From Candidatus Babeliales bacterium (GTDB taxonomy: Bacteria; Babelota; Babeliae; Babelales; JABCYS01), in the NCBI GenBank assembly GCA_016929235.1, contig JAFGJD010000006.1:1-54654 (forward strand): a stretch of 54,654 nt of DNA, written 5' to 3'. Below, one piece after another: positions 14,443 through 24,684 of the stretch; within the stretch, counting starts at the first letter, position 1; every line of letters begins with the position of its first letter. The position numbers were made by a program, and so were the translations under genes. Below the pieces are notes generated by a model. The model ran no database searches and was not told the origin of the DNA. It saw only the letters and a list, made by a program, of their open reading frames with translations.

Positions 14443-14867
14443 TCTCCGAACAACGCAGAAATAGAAAGACGCAGCTCAACAGGATCAGGCCGTCTAAAGA
14501 ACTGAATTCTCCTATATAATTCTGCAAAATGATCCTGAGAAATCGCACCCACTTCTTCCGGAATGCCGGGAGCGGAAAACCGCTCACACGCCCCTTCCAG
14601 CGCTTGAGAAAACGACCGTACATAGCGAGGGAAAAAAGGCGCATGCCTATATTCCTCATGATAGCGCACCAAGTCTTCGAGCAGCTTGTTGCATGTATTA
14701 AATACAAACGACATCGAAGAATCCGATGGTGTACGCAGTGTGGCAGCCCAGACCTGAAGGAGGGTACCATACAAATCACTTACCGATTCTTTTGCAAAAG
14801 AATCCTCCATTCCAAAACACGCTACCGGCAACAGAACCACCAATAACCCATATTTAATGCTGCGCAT
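14415..14867 (-). CDS. Hypothetical secreted protein
   Basis: Signal-like MRSIKYGLLVVLLPVACFG|MED. Confidence 0.7.
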   Translation of the reverse strand: MRSIKYGLLVVLLPVACFGMEDSFAKESVSDLYGTLLQVWAATLRTPSDSSMSFVFNTCNKLLEDLVRYHEEYRHAPFFPRYVRSFSQALEGACERFSAPGIPEEVGAISQDHFAELYRRIQFFRRPDPVELRLSISALFGDQRLVSLSV

Positions 14868-14917
14868 CGTCTACCTTGCATATTACTTTTGTATAGGAAA
14901 TCCCGAACGTAAAATCC

Positions 14918-15580
14918 TTATAGCCTGGTATCGCCATCAGTTACATTCCGGCATGACTCAATACCAAACATAGTCCTAATTTCATGCAAGGAAAGAATCT
15001 TTTCAGGGCCCACTCTACCCTGCAACTCACAGGAAGCTTGCTGAAAACATTCTGGATATCTCGCTACCACACGCTGAAGCGCCTTTGTCATTTTTGTTCG
15101 AGCTTCCTTACCTGTCCATGCGCATGCATATGGCTCTTTCAACTTAAAAATAACTTTGCCAAGATAGCCAAATGCAGATTTGGGAATCCCACACTCCATT
15201 GCGCCGCATTGATAAAAAACACTTCTAGCAAACAAGTGCTGCACAAAAGAGTCCCCATGCAGCAAGCATAGAGAAGCGCATCTCAAAATCATCCTTGCAA
15301 ATCTCTCTCTAAACTCGTCTTCGCGGTGCTTTTCACAGTTCGCAAACGCCGTATCAAATTCACGCCACCGTAACTCTATAGCATCACACCATAAGTCGTT
15401 TTCGTGTGGCAACATGCGTGATTGAGCCTCTTGATCAGGATAGTCACTAAGCTCTGGGTGCATTGCGGGAATATCACGATTAACACGCGGATACCGCACC
15501 TGCTTTTCCATTGCGCTCGAATACGACGGTATGAACAAGATAGAAAAAATCATCAAGCTTAAGCCTATAAATCTATTCAC
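14918..15580 (-). CDS. Hypothetical secreted protein
   Basis: GTG start after GAGGA; signal-like ...SILFIPSYSSA|MEK. Confidence 0.7.
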   Translation of the reverse strand: MNRFIGLSLMIFSILFIPSYSSAMEKQVRYPRVNRDIPAMHPELSDYPDQEAQSRMLPHENDLWCDAIELRWREFDTAFANCEKHREDEFRERFARMILRCASLCLLHGDSFVQHLFARSVFYQCGAMECGIPKSAFGYLGKVIFKLKEPYACAWTGKEARTKMTKALQRVVARYPECFQQASCELQGRVGPEKILSLHEIRTMFGIESCRNVTDGDTRL

Positions 15581-15602
15581 AGATACATATCCTCTCGTAA
15601 TC

Positions 15603-16025
15603 TTAGTCAACTTCCATTGCAATCGTTGGTAACACTCCACAATGCAATCCATATTCAGCATAGAAATCAACTTCCTCTTCAGCAATCTCCCACGGAGCAG
15701 GTTCAAGACCTAACCGACGACCAATGCGTTTTTGGATTTCTCTAACCCTACGATGACTACCGACAATATTCGCTGCAGGCATCAAGGCCCCTGCAAGCCG
15801 ATAAAGTCGGGAATAATGATCGTGCCGGTGACCAGCCAAACTTACCGCCGCTAATGCACAACCGATGGCATCGCACGCACGACCAATCTGACCTTCTGTC
15901 CTAGCATCTTCATATTTCTCCGCACTAACAATTCTTCGTTCTGCTTCTCTAGCATACCCTGGCACCATACCATATGAAGCAGAGAAACCGCCAAGAAGAG
16001 CGAGAACAACAAATCCCCTATTCAT
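15603..16025 (-). CDS. Hypothetical secreted protein
   Basis: ATG after AGGGG; MNRGFVVLALLGGFSASYG|MVP. Confidence 0.7.
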   Translation of the reverse strand: MNRGFVVLALLGGFSASYGMVPGYAREAERRIVSAEKYEDARTEGQIGRACDAIGCALAAVSLAGHRHDHYSRLYRLAGALMPAANIVGSHRRVREIQKRIGRRLGLEPAPWEIAEEEVDFYAEYGLHCGVLPTIAMEVD

Positions 16026-16063
16026 AATAAATCCCCTACAATATAGGTTATTAAAATACTCTA

Positions 16064-16495
16064 TTATAAAGCCAACTTTGCAAGAATTTTTGCTGCAGCA
16101 AGAGAACGTAGTTTCTCCTCTTCCCACTCCTGAACAATACTATTTACTCTTTTAAGGATTAACAGCTCGCGTACCATGGAAGCACAGATTGTCTTCGCTT
16201 CGGAAGAACCATGTAGGGCCTCACACAATCTGCAACCTTTCTCAATCATACGATCCAAGTCCCTCCAATCATCGGAAGCCACCATACGCGATACTGTTTT
16301 GTTGACCTTTTCCCTCATCCTATACACGCTAAGAACCAATTTATCATGAACGTTGCGTTGACGGATGACAGCACCACGGTCAGCCCTAGTCTCCTTTCGT
16401 GAAGACGATAAAACGCTCTCTTGATGCGATTTAGAAATACAAACGCCAACACACGTAACACATAAAACGTAGATAAAAAGACATTTTTTATACAT
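16064..16495 (-). CDS. Hypothetical secreted/membrane-anchored protein
   Basis: ATG after GAGGTG; MYKKCLFIYVLCVTCVGVC. Confidence 0.65.
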   Translation of the reverse strand: MYKKCLFIYVLCVTCVGVCISKSHQESVLSSSRKETRADRGAVIRQRNVHDKLVLSVYRMREKVNKTVSRMVASDDWRDLDRMIEKGCRLCEALHGSSEAKTICASMVRELLILKRVNSIVQEWEEEKLRSLAAAKILAKLAL

Positions 16496-16844
16496 AAAAA
16501 CACACCTCGCTCTATTGAGAAGTATCAAGGCTTACCAGAAGAAATCTAAGGACAAATGCACGCCCTTAGTTCTTCCATGCGCATATATAGCTATTGTGTG
16601 GTAACCGCCATTTCACAACACCCTTTGTTACTATGCAAGATACACAAATCGTAGCGTGTACTGCAATACTTAGTAACAGGCATCACTGTACAGACAAACA
16701 TAACGATGTCAATAAAATGCCATTTACAAAGCAATCTTACACATTTAAACACATTGAGCTGTAAGCATAAACCACTTCATTGTTCATTATATCCTGATCG
16801 GCTATGCTACAAAAAGATGGATGGTGTGATGAAGAAGGAAGGGA

Positions 16845-17771
16845 ATGTACTCATCATATAATGATCCCCAACTCATGACATGGTTCCAAGCATCAGTGCT
16901 GTTGCACTTGATCTTTGGTGCAGGTTTGTATGTTCACTTGGAACTTACACCGCCAGTCCTTAGAGCTGAGAAACCCATTACACAAGAAGCTGCACCCGTT
17001 TTATTTCATGAAATCCCCTCAGAAGATCTGCCGCTACCAGATATGGATTCTGAATTGTTCGAACTTGCTATGAACGAAAGCTCGCATTTTGGGACAACAA
17101 AAGCGTTTCAGGAGATTCCAGAACTTGACTTAACATCAGCAACAAAAACTATAGAAGACAATCAGGAAAAACCAACAGAACAATTGATGAAACTAAACCA
17201 TGAAGAGATATCAGTTAAAACACCAGATACAACTCCAGAACCATATCAATCAGATACCATGCTGGTGCAAGAAGACACTATATCCATGCCCGAGATTCCA
17301 AAAACATTCTGGGAAGAGCGGGCCCACAAAAAATCCGCATCGCCCGTAAGTGGACTCACGCTTGCCAACCTTGCCGAAGGATTTATCGATTACGTTAAAG
17401 TCAATCGTGCAGCATCAACCGATATTAACAGCCAAGATCTCAAAACGCTTGCATACAACAATAAAATTGGATGGTATCTACAAAACTCATTTCGTATCCA
17501 CAACAAACCTCTCACACTTGCTCACCCAGTTAAAACAAACATCACGCTCTATATAGAAATTGATAAGAACGGCAATCTCCTTAATCTCGACATGCATCCT
17601 AAAACTGGAGAGAGTGAGCTAGATAATCTACTTCTCAAGGTTATCAAAAACGCTCACCCAGTACCGCCAATCCCGACACACCTCAACCGATCTACCTATA
17701 AATTCCATCTTCCGATTTATGTTGAAGCCGCACAAGGCACCCATTCGTATCATTTTACCTTTAAAGGATAA
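16845..17771 (+). CDS. TonB/TolA-like protein (N-terminal TM, acidic/Pro linker, TonB C-terminal-like domain)
   Basis: SVLLH TM motif; IEIDKNGNL...TGESELDNLLLKVIKNAHPVPPIP. Confidence 0.72.
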   Translation: MYSSYNDPQLMTWFQASVLLHLIFGAGLYVHLELTPPVLRAEKPITQEAAPVLFHEIPSEDLPLPDMDSELFELAMNESSHFGTTKAFQEIPELDLTSATKTIEDNQEKPTEQLMKLNHEEISVKTPDTTPEPYQSDTMLVQEDTISMPEIPKTFWEERAHKKSASPVSGLTLANLAEGFIDYVKVNRAASTDINSQDLKTLAYNNKIGWYLQNSFRIHNKPLTLAHPVKTNITLYIEIDKNGNLLNLDMHPKTGESELDNLLLKVIKNAHPVPPIPTHLNRSTYKFHLPIYVEAAQGTHSYHFTFKG

Positions 17772-17846
17772 AACCCTTTAAGCGTGCGCTATCGCTATGA
17801 TATGATGGTCATGGAGCGGATACATCCGGTATCATAGGAGTGAGAG

Positions 17847-18413
17847 ATGAAGTATGTAATCGGATGTGGCATACTCGCGTATACCATAGCCATGAGTTTC
17901 CCATTAGGTGCAACTGTGTACGAAATACACATTAACCCACAGTGGGTTAAGCTAGATACTGATAGCGAAAAAGCAGAACGCTTTGGTGGTTCATGGATCC
18001 TTGCAGGAGATATTGTCTTTAAAAATAAATCACCGAATGTGATTAAACTCGACGCCTTTGATCTTCAATGGCAAGGGGCACCGCTTGAACATCTTTCTGC
18101 CACATTGTTTAAAAAAGATGAACATGACCAAATTATGCCCATACAAGAGCACGTAATCTCGGATGGCTACTGGTCTCAAAAAGAACAAACGCTTAAGTTC
18201 CGCTTTGACCAAAAATACGCTCTATCTGCTCTTAATAAATTCTATCTTGTTTTTACGGTCCCAAAGGATATAGAAGATACACTCAAAACAGGAACCTTCT
18301 CCTTAAACAAACGACATCTTCCATACCAATATCAACGAGCACTTAGAAACAAATCACTGAACCTTTCATACGCTACTATTTCTCCTAATGCACGGTTATG
18401 CACAACGGCCTAA
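17847..18413 (+). CDS. Hypothetical exported protein
   Basis: AGGAG RBS, hydrophobic N-terminus, 188 aa. Confidence 0.7.
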   Translation: MKYVIGCGILAYTIAMSFPLGATVYEIHINPQWVKLDTDSEKAERFGGSWILAGDIVFKNKSPNVIKLDAFDLQWQGAPLEHLSATLFKKDEHDQIMPIQEHVISDGYWSQKEQTLKFRFDQKYALSALNKFYLVFTVPKDIEDTLKTGTFSLNKRHLPYQYQRALRNKSLNLSYATISPNARLCTTA

Positions 18414-18489
18414 TTTACCTAGACATTTACCATCATTCATTTTATAACTTGAGCCACACGTGATGAAGAATGAAGTAACGAGGAAATGC

Positions 18490-19854
18490 ATGGCAAAAAT
18501 AGTTATTATTGGAGCAGGCCCCACCGGACTTTCTGCAGCGTATCACTTAGAAAAAAAAGGATTCTTTGATTATAAAATCTTTGAAAAAGAACGCATGCCC
18601 GGCGGACTATGCCGATCCATTCAACAAGATGGATTCACGTTTGATTTCACAGGACATCTTCTTCATGTCAACAATCCCTATTTCTCTTCATTTTTAGAAA
18701 AACTGGTCGGGTTTCATAACCTCAACTCAATTACACGTCGCTCATTTATTTACTCACACGGCACATATACGCGCTACCCATTTCAAAGTAATCTATTCGG
18801 TCTTCCAGATGAAGTCATCGTCGATTGTATTGAAGGCTATGCAACGCGTAAAAAAAAGAAAACACAAAATAAATCATTCCATGAATGGGTACTAGAAAAT
18901 TTTGGCAATGGTATGGGAAAACATTTCTTTTTTCCATACCAAAAAAAGATCTTCTCTTATGATCTCCATAAAATATCTGCTGCATGGACTGGCAGATTTG
19001 TACCCAAGACAACATTACGCGATATCATCCGTGGATCACTCCGTGATATGCACGCCGCCTCAGTCGGATATAATGCAAACTTCTTTTATCCTAAAACAGA
19101 AGGAATCTCATTCTGGGTAAATCAAATAGCGCAACAACTTGAAAGTCCTATCTATACTGATTTTTGTGTGGAAGAAATTGATGTATCTCAAAAATGCATC
19201 ACATTCACCAATGGACATACAGAACACTACGAACACCTCATAACAACTATGCCACTTGATCGACTAATTCACTCGCTTAAAGAATCGAGCGCTATGCATC
19301 TGGAGCCAGCTGCAAACAAGTTGCTCTGCAATAAAGTAGTGAACTTCAATTTAGGCATTGCACATGCTGATGTTTCATCAAAACACTGGATTTATTACCC
19401 AGAACAACACTATCCATTCTATCGCATAGGATTCTACCATAATTTTGCAGAATCTCTCGTACCGTATGGCCATAGTTCATTATACGGAGAACTTGCATAT
19501 CTCAACGAAACACCAAAACAGATTACAGCTAAGGTAAGGCGCTCCATCAAAGAAGCAAAGAAAGTTCTTGGCATTAATTCAAGAGATATCGCAACAGAGG
19601 CTATTCTTCCCATTGAACATGCATATGTTATCTATGATTTTTGGCGCGAAAAACACCTGCCAAAAATTCATGCAACACTTCATGACCACCAGATACACTC
19701 AATTGGACGATATGGGGAATGGAAGTATGCGAGCATGCAAGAATCAGTCTTGGATGGCAAGGCTGTGATTGATCGTTTGCTCATTATCCCAGCCCAACAA
19801 GTATCATACACGCATACCATGTACGATACCCAACAAGAATACGAGGTGCAATAA
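18490..19854 (+). CDS. FAD-dependent oxidoreductase (HemY/UDP-galactopyranose mutase-like)
   Basis: GAGPTGLSAA Rossmann motif, GGLCRS, FDFTGH, GRYGEWKY. Confidence 0.85.
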   Translation: MAKIVIIGAGPTGLSAAYHLEKKGFFDYKIFEKERMPGGLCRSIQQDGFTFDFTGHLLHVNNPYFSSFLEKLVGFHNLNSITRRSFIYSHGTYTRYPFQSNLFGLPDEVIVDCIEGYATRKKKKTQNKSFHEWVLENFGNGMGKHFFFPYQKKIFSYDLHKISAAWTGRFVPKTTLRDIIRGSLRDMHAASVGYNANFFYPKTEGISFWVNQIAQQLESPIYTDFCVEEIDVSQKCITFTNGHTEHYEHLITTMPLDRLIHSLKESSAMHLEPAANKLLCNKVVNFNLGIAHADVSSKHWIYYPEQHYPFYRIGFYHNFAESLVPYGHSSLYGELAYLNETPKQITAKVRRSIKEAKKVLGINSRDIATEAILPIEHAYVIYDFWREKHLPKIHATLHDHQIHSIGRYGEWKYASMQESVLDGKAVIDRLLIIPAQQVSYTHTMYDTQQEYEVQ

Positions 19855-19856
19855 TC

Positions 19857-20801
19857 ATGAACCGGCATCACACTGCACCATATCGTGATACTTCAGTCTT
19901 GGTGACGGGTGGCGCAGGATTCATTGGCTCATACATTGTTGAACGACTGGTCAGCCTTGGTGCGCGTGTAACTGTATTGGATAACTTTGCCACAGGAACC
20001 CACAACAATATAGCACATCTTCACGGCATAACGGTCATCGAAGGCAGCGTAACGGATATACAAACATGCACATACGCTGTCGAAGATTGTAAGTACGTAT
20101 TTCATCTTGCGGGATTTGTATCGGTACCCGATTCTATGACAAATCCTACACAATGTCATGCAACCAATGTCACAGGAACAGTGAACATCTTAGAAGCATG
20201 TCGTCATGCATACGTTAAACACGTGATGCTCTCATCGTCATCGGCAGTGTATGGAAACCTATCAGGTGCATGCACAGAAACCTCACCTTGCAATCCAACG
20301 TCTCCGTACGGGCTAAGTAAGCTCATAGCAGAAAACTACTGTCGATTGTACTCGAAGGCATTTGGTCTCAAAACAACGTCGCTACGGTACTTCAATGTGT
20401 ACGGATCTCGCCAAAATCCACATGGTGCATACGCAGCAGTCGTTGCCAAGTTCACAAAACAACTCAAGGCAAATGCACCCATTATTGTATACGGAGATGG
20501 AACACAAACACGAGACTTCATCCCTGTTGCACAGGTAGTAGACGCGAATCTCACACTAGCACTTGATCCTAATGCAGATGGTGATGTGTATAATATTGCA
20601 ACTGGACGCAGCGTAAACCTTCTTGAATTGATTGAACAACTTAAACAAGAGTACCCCGACTCAACATCAACGGTATCATTTGAGCCTGCACGCAAAGGCG
20701 ATATTCTACACTCACAAGCAGATTGCACTAAGTATCATACCAAGCTCAAATCGTTATCGCATAGACATACAGAACAGCTAACTACATCCGCATATCAGTA
20801 G
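19857..20801 (+). CDS. NAD-dependent nucleotide-sugar epimerase/dehydratase
   Basis: TGGAGFIG, SSSAVYG, YGLSK, RYFNVYG, TRDF. Confidence 0.93.
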   Translation: MNRHHTAPYRDTSVLVTGGAGFIGSYIVERLVSLGARVTVLDNFATGTHNNIAHLHGITVIEGSVTDIQTCTYAVEDCKYVFHLAGFVSVPDSMTNPTQCHATNVTGTVNILEACRHAYVKHVMLSSSSAVYGNLSGACTETSPCNPTSPYGLSKLIAENYCRLYSKAFGLKTTSLRYFNVYGSRQNPHGAYAAVVAKFTKQLKANAPIIVYGDGTQTRDFIPVAQVVDANLTLALDPNADGDVYNIATGRSVNLLELIEQLKQEYPDSTSTVSFEPARKGDILHSQADCTKYHTKLKSLSHRHTEQLTTSAYQ

Positions 20802-20938
20802 GCGCCCCTGTCATTTATGCTACTAGCAGGATCTAGAAGCTTATAGCGACGCCTCTTTGGAGGGCTTAACCAACAAAATCGTTCTGGTATACTTATATAT
20901 AGGCACAATCTTATAATTCCTAACATTCTAGATGGTAT

Positions 20939-22081
20939 ATGAGCAAAAACGACTTTTACGACGTACTCGGCATTTCCCGTTCTGCCTCAAAAGACGAAAT
21001 CAAAAAGGCATACAAAAAGCTAGCGCTTAAGTATCATCCTGACCGTAATCCAGGGAATAAAGAGGCTGAGGAAAAATTCAAGGAAGCCGCCCATGCCTAC
21101 GAGGTTCTTTCCGACGATACCAAACGTAGCCGCTACGACCAGATTGGTCATACAGGCTACGAGCAACAAACATCTGGCGGTGGCGGCTGGTCATCAACAG
21201 ATATGAATATGGACGACATCTTCGAGCAATTTGGAGATATTTTTGGGGGAATGTTTGGTGGCGGACGCCAACGACGCTCCACTCGTAAAGCCGGACCCGT
21301 ACCAGCTCGTGGGCACGATCTCGCTAAAGAGGTCACAATCTCACTCAAGGATTCATATCTAGGGACCAAAAAAGAATTTCAGTACTATCACTTTGTCGGC
21401 TGCTCAACCTGCAATAGTAAAGGGCTTCAAACCGGAACCTCAGTTAATAGCTGTCCACAATGCCAGGGTTCTGGCCAAATTACTTATCGCCAAGGCTTCT
21501 TTGCATATGCACAAACATGTAATGCATGCGGCGGAGCTGGTTATACTATCCCATCACCATGCTCGGCATGTAAAGGGCAATCACGCGTTCAAAAACTCGA
21601 TAAATTTTCAGTAACAATACCAGCCGGTGTTATCGATAGTTCTGAATTGCGTATCATCGGTAAAGGCGATGCAGGAGTCTATGGTGGTTCCGCAGGAAAC
21701 TTATTCATAAAAATAACCGTTCAACCAGATAAACATTTCAAGCGTGTTCGTGATGACCTTGTATGCAACGTTATGCTCACATATCCACAGTTGGTCTTTG
21801 GCAGTCAGGTAGAGATTATGAGTCTTGATGACGAGAAGCACACCATCAAAATTCCTCAAGGATGCCCTGTCGGTGAACACATCATTGTACGTGGCAAAGG
21901 ATTCAAAAATCTTCGTACAAACGTATACGGCAATCTTGTCGTAATTACAAAATGCGATATTCCCAAAAAACTCGATGTTTCAACCAAAGCAACATTATCC
22001 AGATACTCAGAGCAACTTGGCACAACCGTCAATGATAAAGATGGTGGTATTGTTGGGTTTTTTAAAAAGTTTCTTGGTTGA
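20939..22081 (+). CDS. dnaJ: Chaperone DnaJ
   Basis: HPD J-domain, G/F region, four CxxC motifs. Confidence 0.97.
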   Translation: MSKNDFYDVLGISRSASKDEIKKAYKKLALKYHPDRNPGNKEAEEKFKEAAHAYEVLSDDTKRSRYDQIGHTGYEQQTSGGGGWSSTDMNMDDIFEQFGDIFGGMFGGGRQRRSTRKAGPVPARGHDLAKEVTISLKDSYLGTKKEFQYYHFVGCSTCNSKGLQTGTSVNSCPQCQGSGQITYRQGFFAYAQTCNACGGAGYTIPSPCSACKGQSRVQKLDKFSVTIPAGVIDSSELRIIGKGDAGVYGGSAGNLFIKITVQPDKHFKRVRDDLVCNVMLTYPQLVFGSQVEIMSLDDEKHTIKIPQGCPVGEHIIVRGKGFKNLRTNVYGNLVVITKCDIPKKLDVSTKATLSRYSEQLGTTVNDKDGGIVGFFKKFLG

Positions 22082-22083
22082 CC

Positions 22084-22596
22084 TCAGTCAGGATTCTGTA
22101 ACCTAACCAATTCCTGAGCCAAAATAGCATGCTGCATCTCAAGTGCCGATAACCGCTGGATCAATTTTCTTTTTGCATCTAACACAGCTGCTCGAGTTGT
22201 CATTGATTCTGATTCTTTTATAGCTCTTACTTGCCCTTCAAGCGATCTGATCGTTCTACTGATTTCTACTAAAGACGTTGTCAACTTATCCTGATTTTCG
22301 AGAACTCCAAGAAGTGATTTTACACGAGCAGGAGTTAACTCATAAACACCCTTGCGTTGCTTATTAAGATTCCAGATCGCACGAAATACAATGTCACATG
22401 CACAGACCATCAATCCAACAAAACTTAACGTTTCAAACAAAGAACGACCTTCGCATTCTTCCACTGCATTCTCAATATTATCTTGAAAAAATACCTCGGC
22501 CTCAGTCGGCGGAATCCCGCCATCAATAACAGCCTCCACATGCACTATTGAGCTAAAACACAAAAACAGTATAGTTATAAAACGTAATCGTTTCAT
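22084..22596 (-). CDS. Hypothetical exported protein with central hydrophobic helix and C-terminal coiled coil
   Basis: MKRLRFITILFLCFSSIVHVEA; LSFVGLMVCACDIVF; heptad-rich C-terminus. Confidence 0.68.
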   Translation of the reverse strand: MKRLRFITILFLCFSSIVHVEAVIDGGIPPTEAEVFFQDNIENAVEECEGRSLFETLSFVGLMVCACDIVFRAIWNLNKQRKGVYELTPARVKSLLGVLENQDKLTTSLVEISRTIRSLEGQVRAIKESESMTTRAAVLDAKRKLIQRLSALEMQHAILAQELVRLQNPD

Positions 22597-22640
22597 TATG
22601 TACACCCTTTTTCTTACCATCATGATGGAGGCAACATAGC

Positions 22641-23042
22641 ATGGTTAAATATTTCTGCATCTTTTTTACATTCACTTGTATAACACAAAGTAACGCCGCT
22701 CCAGGAGTTATGAGAATGCCAATTCCACGAACAAAAAGCATTTTCTCCATCCTAAATTTGCTCGAAGACGCTGAACCTGTTGTCATTGCTTACCGGACTC
22801 CCACACTTGAAGGACTTCAAAATATGAGGAGAATACTAAATGAAGCAATTGGTAGCAGATCCTTGATTACAAAACGATCAGAGCTACGTCATTTGCTTTG
22901 TCTTATCGATCATGGAATCCAATATTACATATATCAAGAGGATCCTGATTCCTTCCTCGCTGACAACGCAGAATATGTTGCGCACTTACAACAACAACTA
23001 GAGGCTATAGTTGGCCCCTTGTCCTTAAATACCTATGCGTAG
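22641..23042 (+). CDS. Hypothetical secreted protein
   Basis: GGAGG RBS; MVKYFCIFFTFTCITQSNA. Confidence 0.68.
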   Translation: MVKYFCIFFTFTCITQSNAAPGVMRMPIPRTKSIFSILNLLEDAEPVVIAYRTPTLEGLQNMRRILNEAIGSRSLITKRSELRHLLCLIDHGIQYYIYQEDPDSFLADNAEYVAHLQQQLEAIVGPLSLNTYA

Positions 23043-24152
23043 TTTCCTTAGAGCCTTCTCGGACACTTGGTATGAACGACTGTTCGCGATACCGGCTTTT
23101 TGAAGGATATGATAAAAGAATTCACGATCGGGGCCTTTAATAACTGCTTGTTCATGAGCCTCAGATAAGCACACAGGATATCCACGTCCCTTGAGGGCTT
23201 GATTTGCAACAATAGAGACAACACGATCTAACAGTTCTGTATCCTGGGCCACCCACGACGGAGTCTCAACGCGGCCTATCTCGCGTCCTACATTGAGGTA
23301 TACAAAACATGGACGCAAATGCTCTGGATAAAATCGAGTAATAGGGGAATGATTATAAAAAATCGCAGTGCGCTGGGTATTAGATAAGTACGAACGCACA
23401 ATATGCGCATCCACTAATCCATCGACTGCATGATGAGCCGTACACCCCTCGTATGTGAAATTACATAATGCCACACGCACAAGATTTACTAACTCTTTAC
23501 TCTTAGGCGAACTAATGTAACTAGCCATCGGAATGCGCTCTTGATACATACGCTCAAGACTCTGAAGATAGGACGATAAAAATTTCTCACGCAACGCATT
23601 ATCTTTGGATTCCAAATGCCAGAAAATCAACGACCCATCATACAACACACAATACGGCATTTGACCATTCTGAGCTTTGAGTCTCATGCCTAATGTTACA
23701 CCCGCATCAAGCTCATACGCTTCGCGCTTTGCATTGATCATATCAACCGTTTGAGCAATACCAGTGTCATCATCATACAACGTAAAGACATACGGATGAG
23801 TCTGTGCGCGCATAGAGCTTATTTCGAAGCCATAACTTAAATGAATTTCACCAACATTGAGTAAATAACAGCCAACCCCTTGATGCCGATCTGGATACAC
23901 TTGAGATCCATCAACTGCAGCTACTTGATAGGATGGCAATGACAATGACGCATCGAAAACGGCTGATAAGGAACCATCCCATGTCGGTAGAATCCATGGT
24001 GCATTCGCAGATTTAATTTTGTGAATAAATAACGGATCGTCACTGATCATCTCCCACATAGTACGAGCAATATTTTGTGCATGCGATGTATCTTGAAACA
24101 AATGGGAACTAATCTCTTGGAACGCTTTAAGAAGTTGTGCCCTGTCAAGCAT
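23025..24152 (-). CDS. nurA: NurA-family nuclease
   Basis: AAVDGSQ, LYDGSL, RVE.P.W, GYP..L.EAHEQA motifs. Confidence 0.87.
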   Translation of the reverse strand: MLDRAQLLKAFQEISSHLFQDTSHAQNIARTMWEMISDDPLFIHKIKSANAPWILPTWDGSLSAVFDASLSLPSYQVAAVDGSQVYPDRHQGVGCYLLNVGEIHLSYGFEISSMRAQTHPYVFTLYDDDTGIAQTVDMINAKREAYELDAGVTLGMRLKAQNGQMPYCVLYDGSLIFWHLESKDNALREKFLSSYLQSLERMYQERIPMASYISSPKSKELVNLVRVALCNFTYEGCTAHHAVDGLVDAHIVRSYLSNTQRTAIFYNHSPITRFYPEHLRPCFVYLNVGREIGRVETPSWVAQDTELLDRVVSIVANQALKGRGYPVCLSEAHEQAVIKGPDREFFYHILQKAGIANSRSYQVSEKALRKLRIGI

Positions 24153-24556
24153 TAGACTGCCTTTTTTTCGTAATCGCTGAGCCCTCTATGCAATGCTTTG
24201 AGTGCAAGAAGTGCACACCGTATCCGATTAGGACCAAGATTCAATTGAATTAATTCACGAATAGATGTCTCATCCATGCGCTGTATTTCTACTACCGGTT
24301 TGCCAATAATCGCTTCCGCTAATAGTGATGCAGTTGCCTGGCTAATCATGCACCCTTTACCCGTAAATGCTATCTCTGAAACAATACCATCTTCTATTTT
24401 TCCTTGATACGCAATGGAATCACCGCAGGTTTCATCGCTTGCGAGTGCAAAGAAATCTGGGTGCGCAACAGTTCCGTAATAACGAGGATTCCTAAAGTAA
24501 TCGACAATGCGTTCGTTATACAATGAACGAGACAATGAATCTGATTTTGATGTCAT
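24152..24556 (-). CDS. sufU: SufU/IscU-type Fe-S scaffold or sulfur-transfer protein
   Basis: NPR..G, CGD, GCMISQA, RIRCALL; stop overlaps nurA start (TAATG). Confidence 0.9.
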   Translation of the reverse strand: MTSKSDSLSRSLYNERIVDYFRNPRYYGTVAHPDFFALASDETCGDSIAYQGKIEDGIVSEIAFTGKGCMISQATASLLAEAIIGKPVVEIQRMDETSIRELIQLNLGPNRIRCALLALKALHRGLSDYEKKAV

Positions 24557-24684
24557 CTTCTTTCCTCTGATGATGAGATTTTCAGTATACAAGAGAGCGT
24601 GAACAATCCCAACTCTAGAAAAAGGTATACCGCATTCTGTATGCTGTGGTGAACATATAATACCTTTATGAAAGGAGTGACAAT

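Noticed and set aside
20802..20938. CIRCE heat-shock operator upstream of dnaJ
   Set aside because: No TTAGCACTC-N9-GAGTGCTAA match
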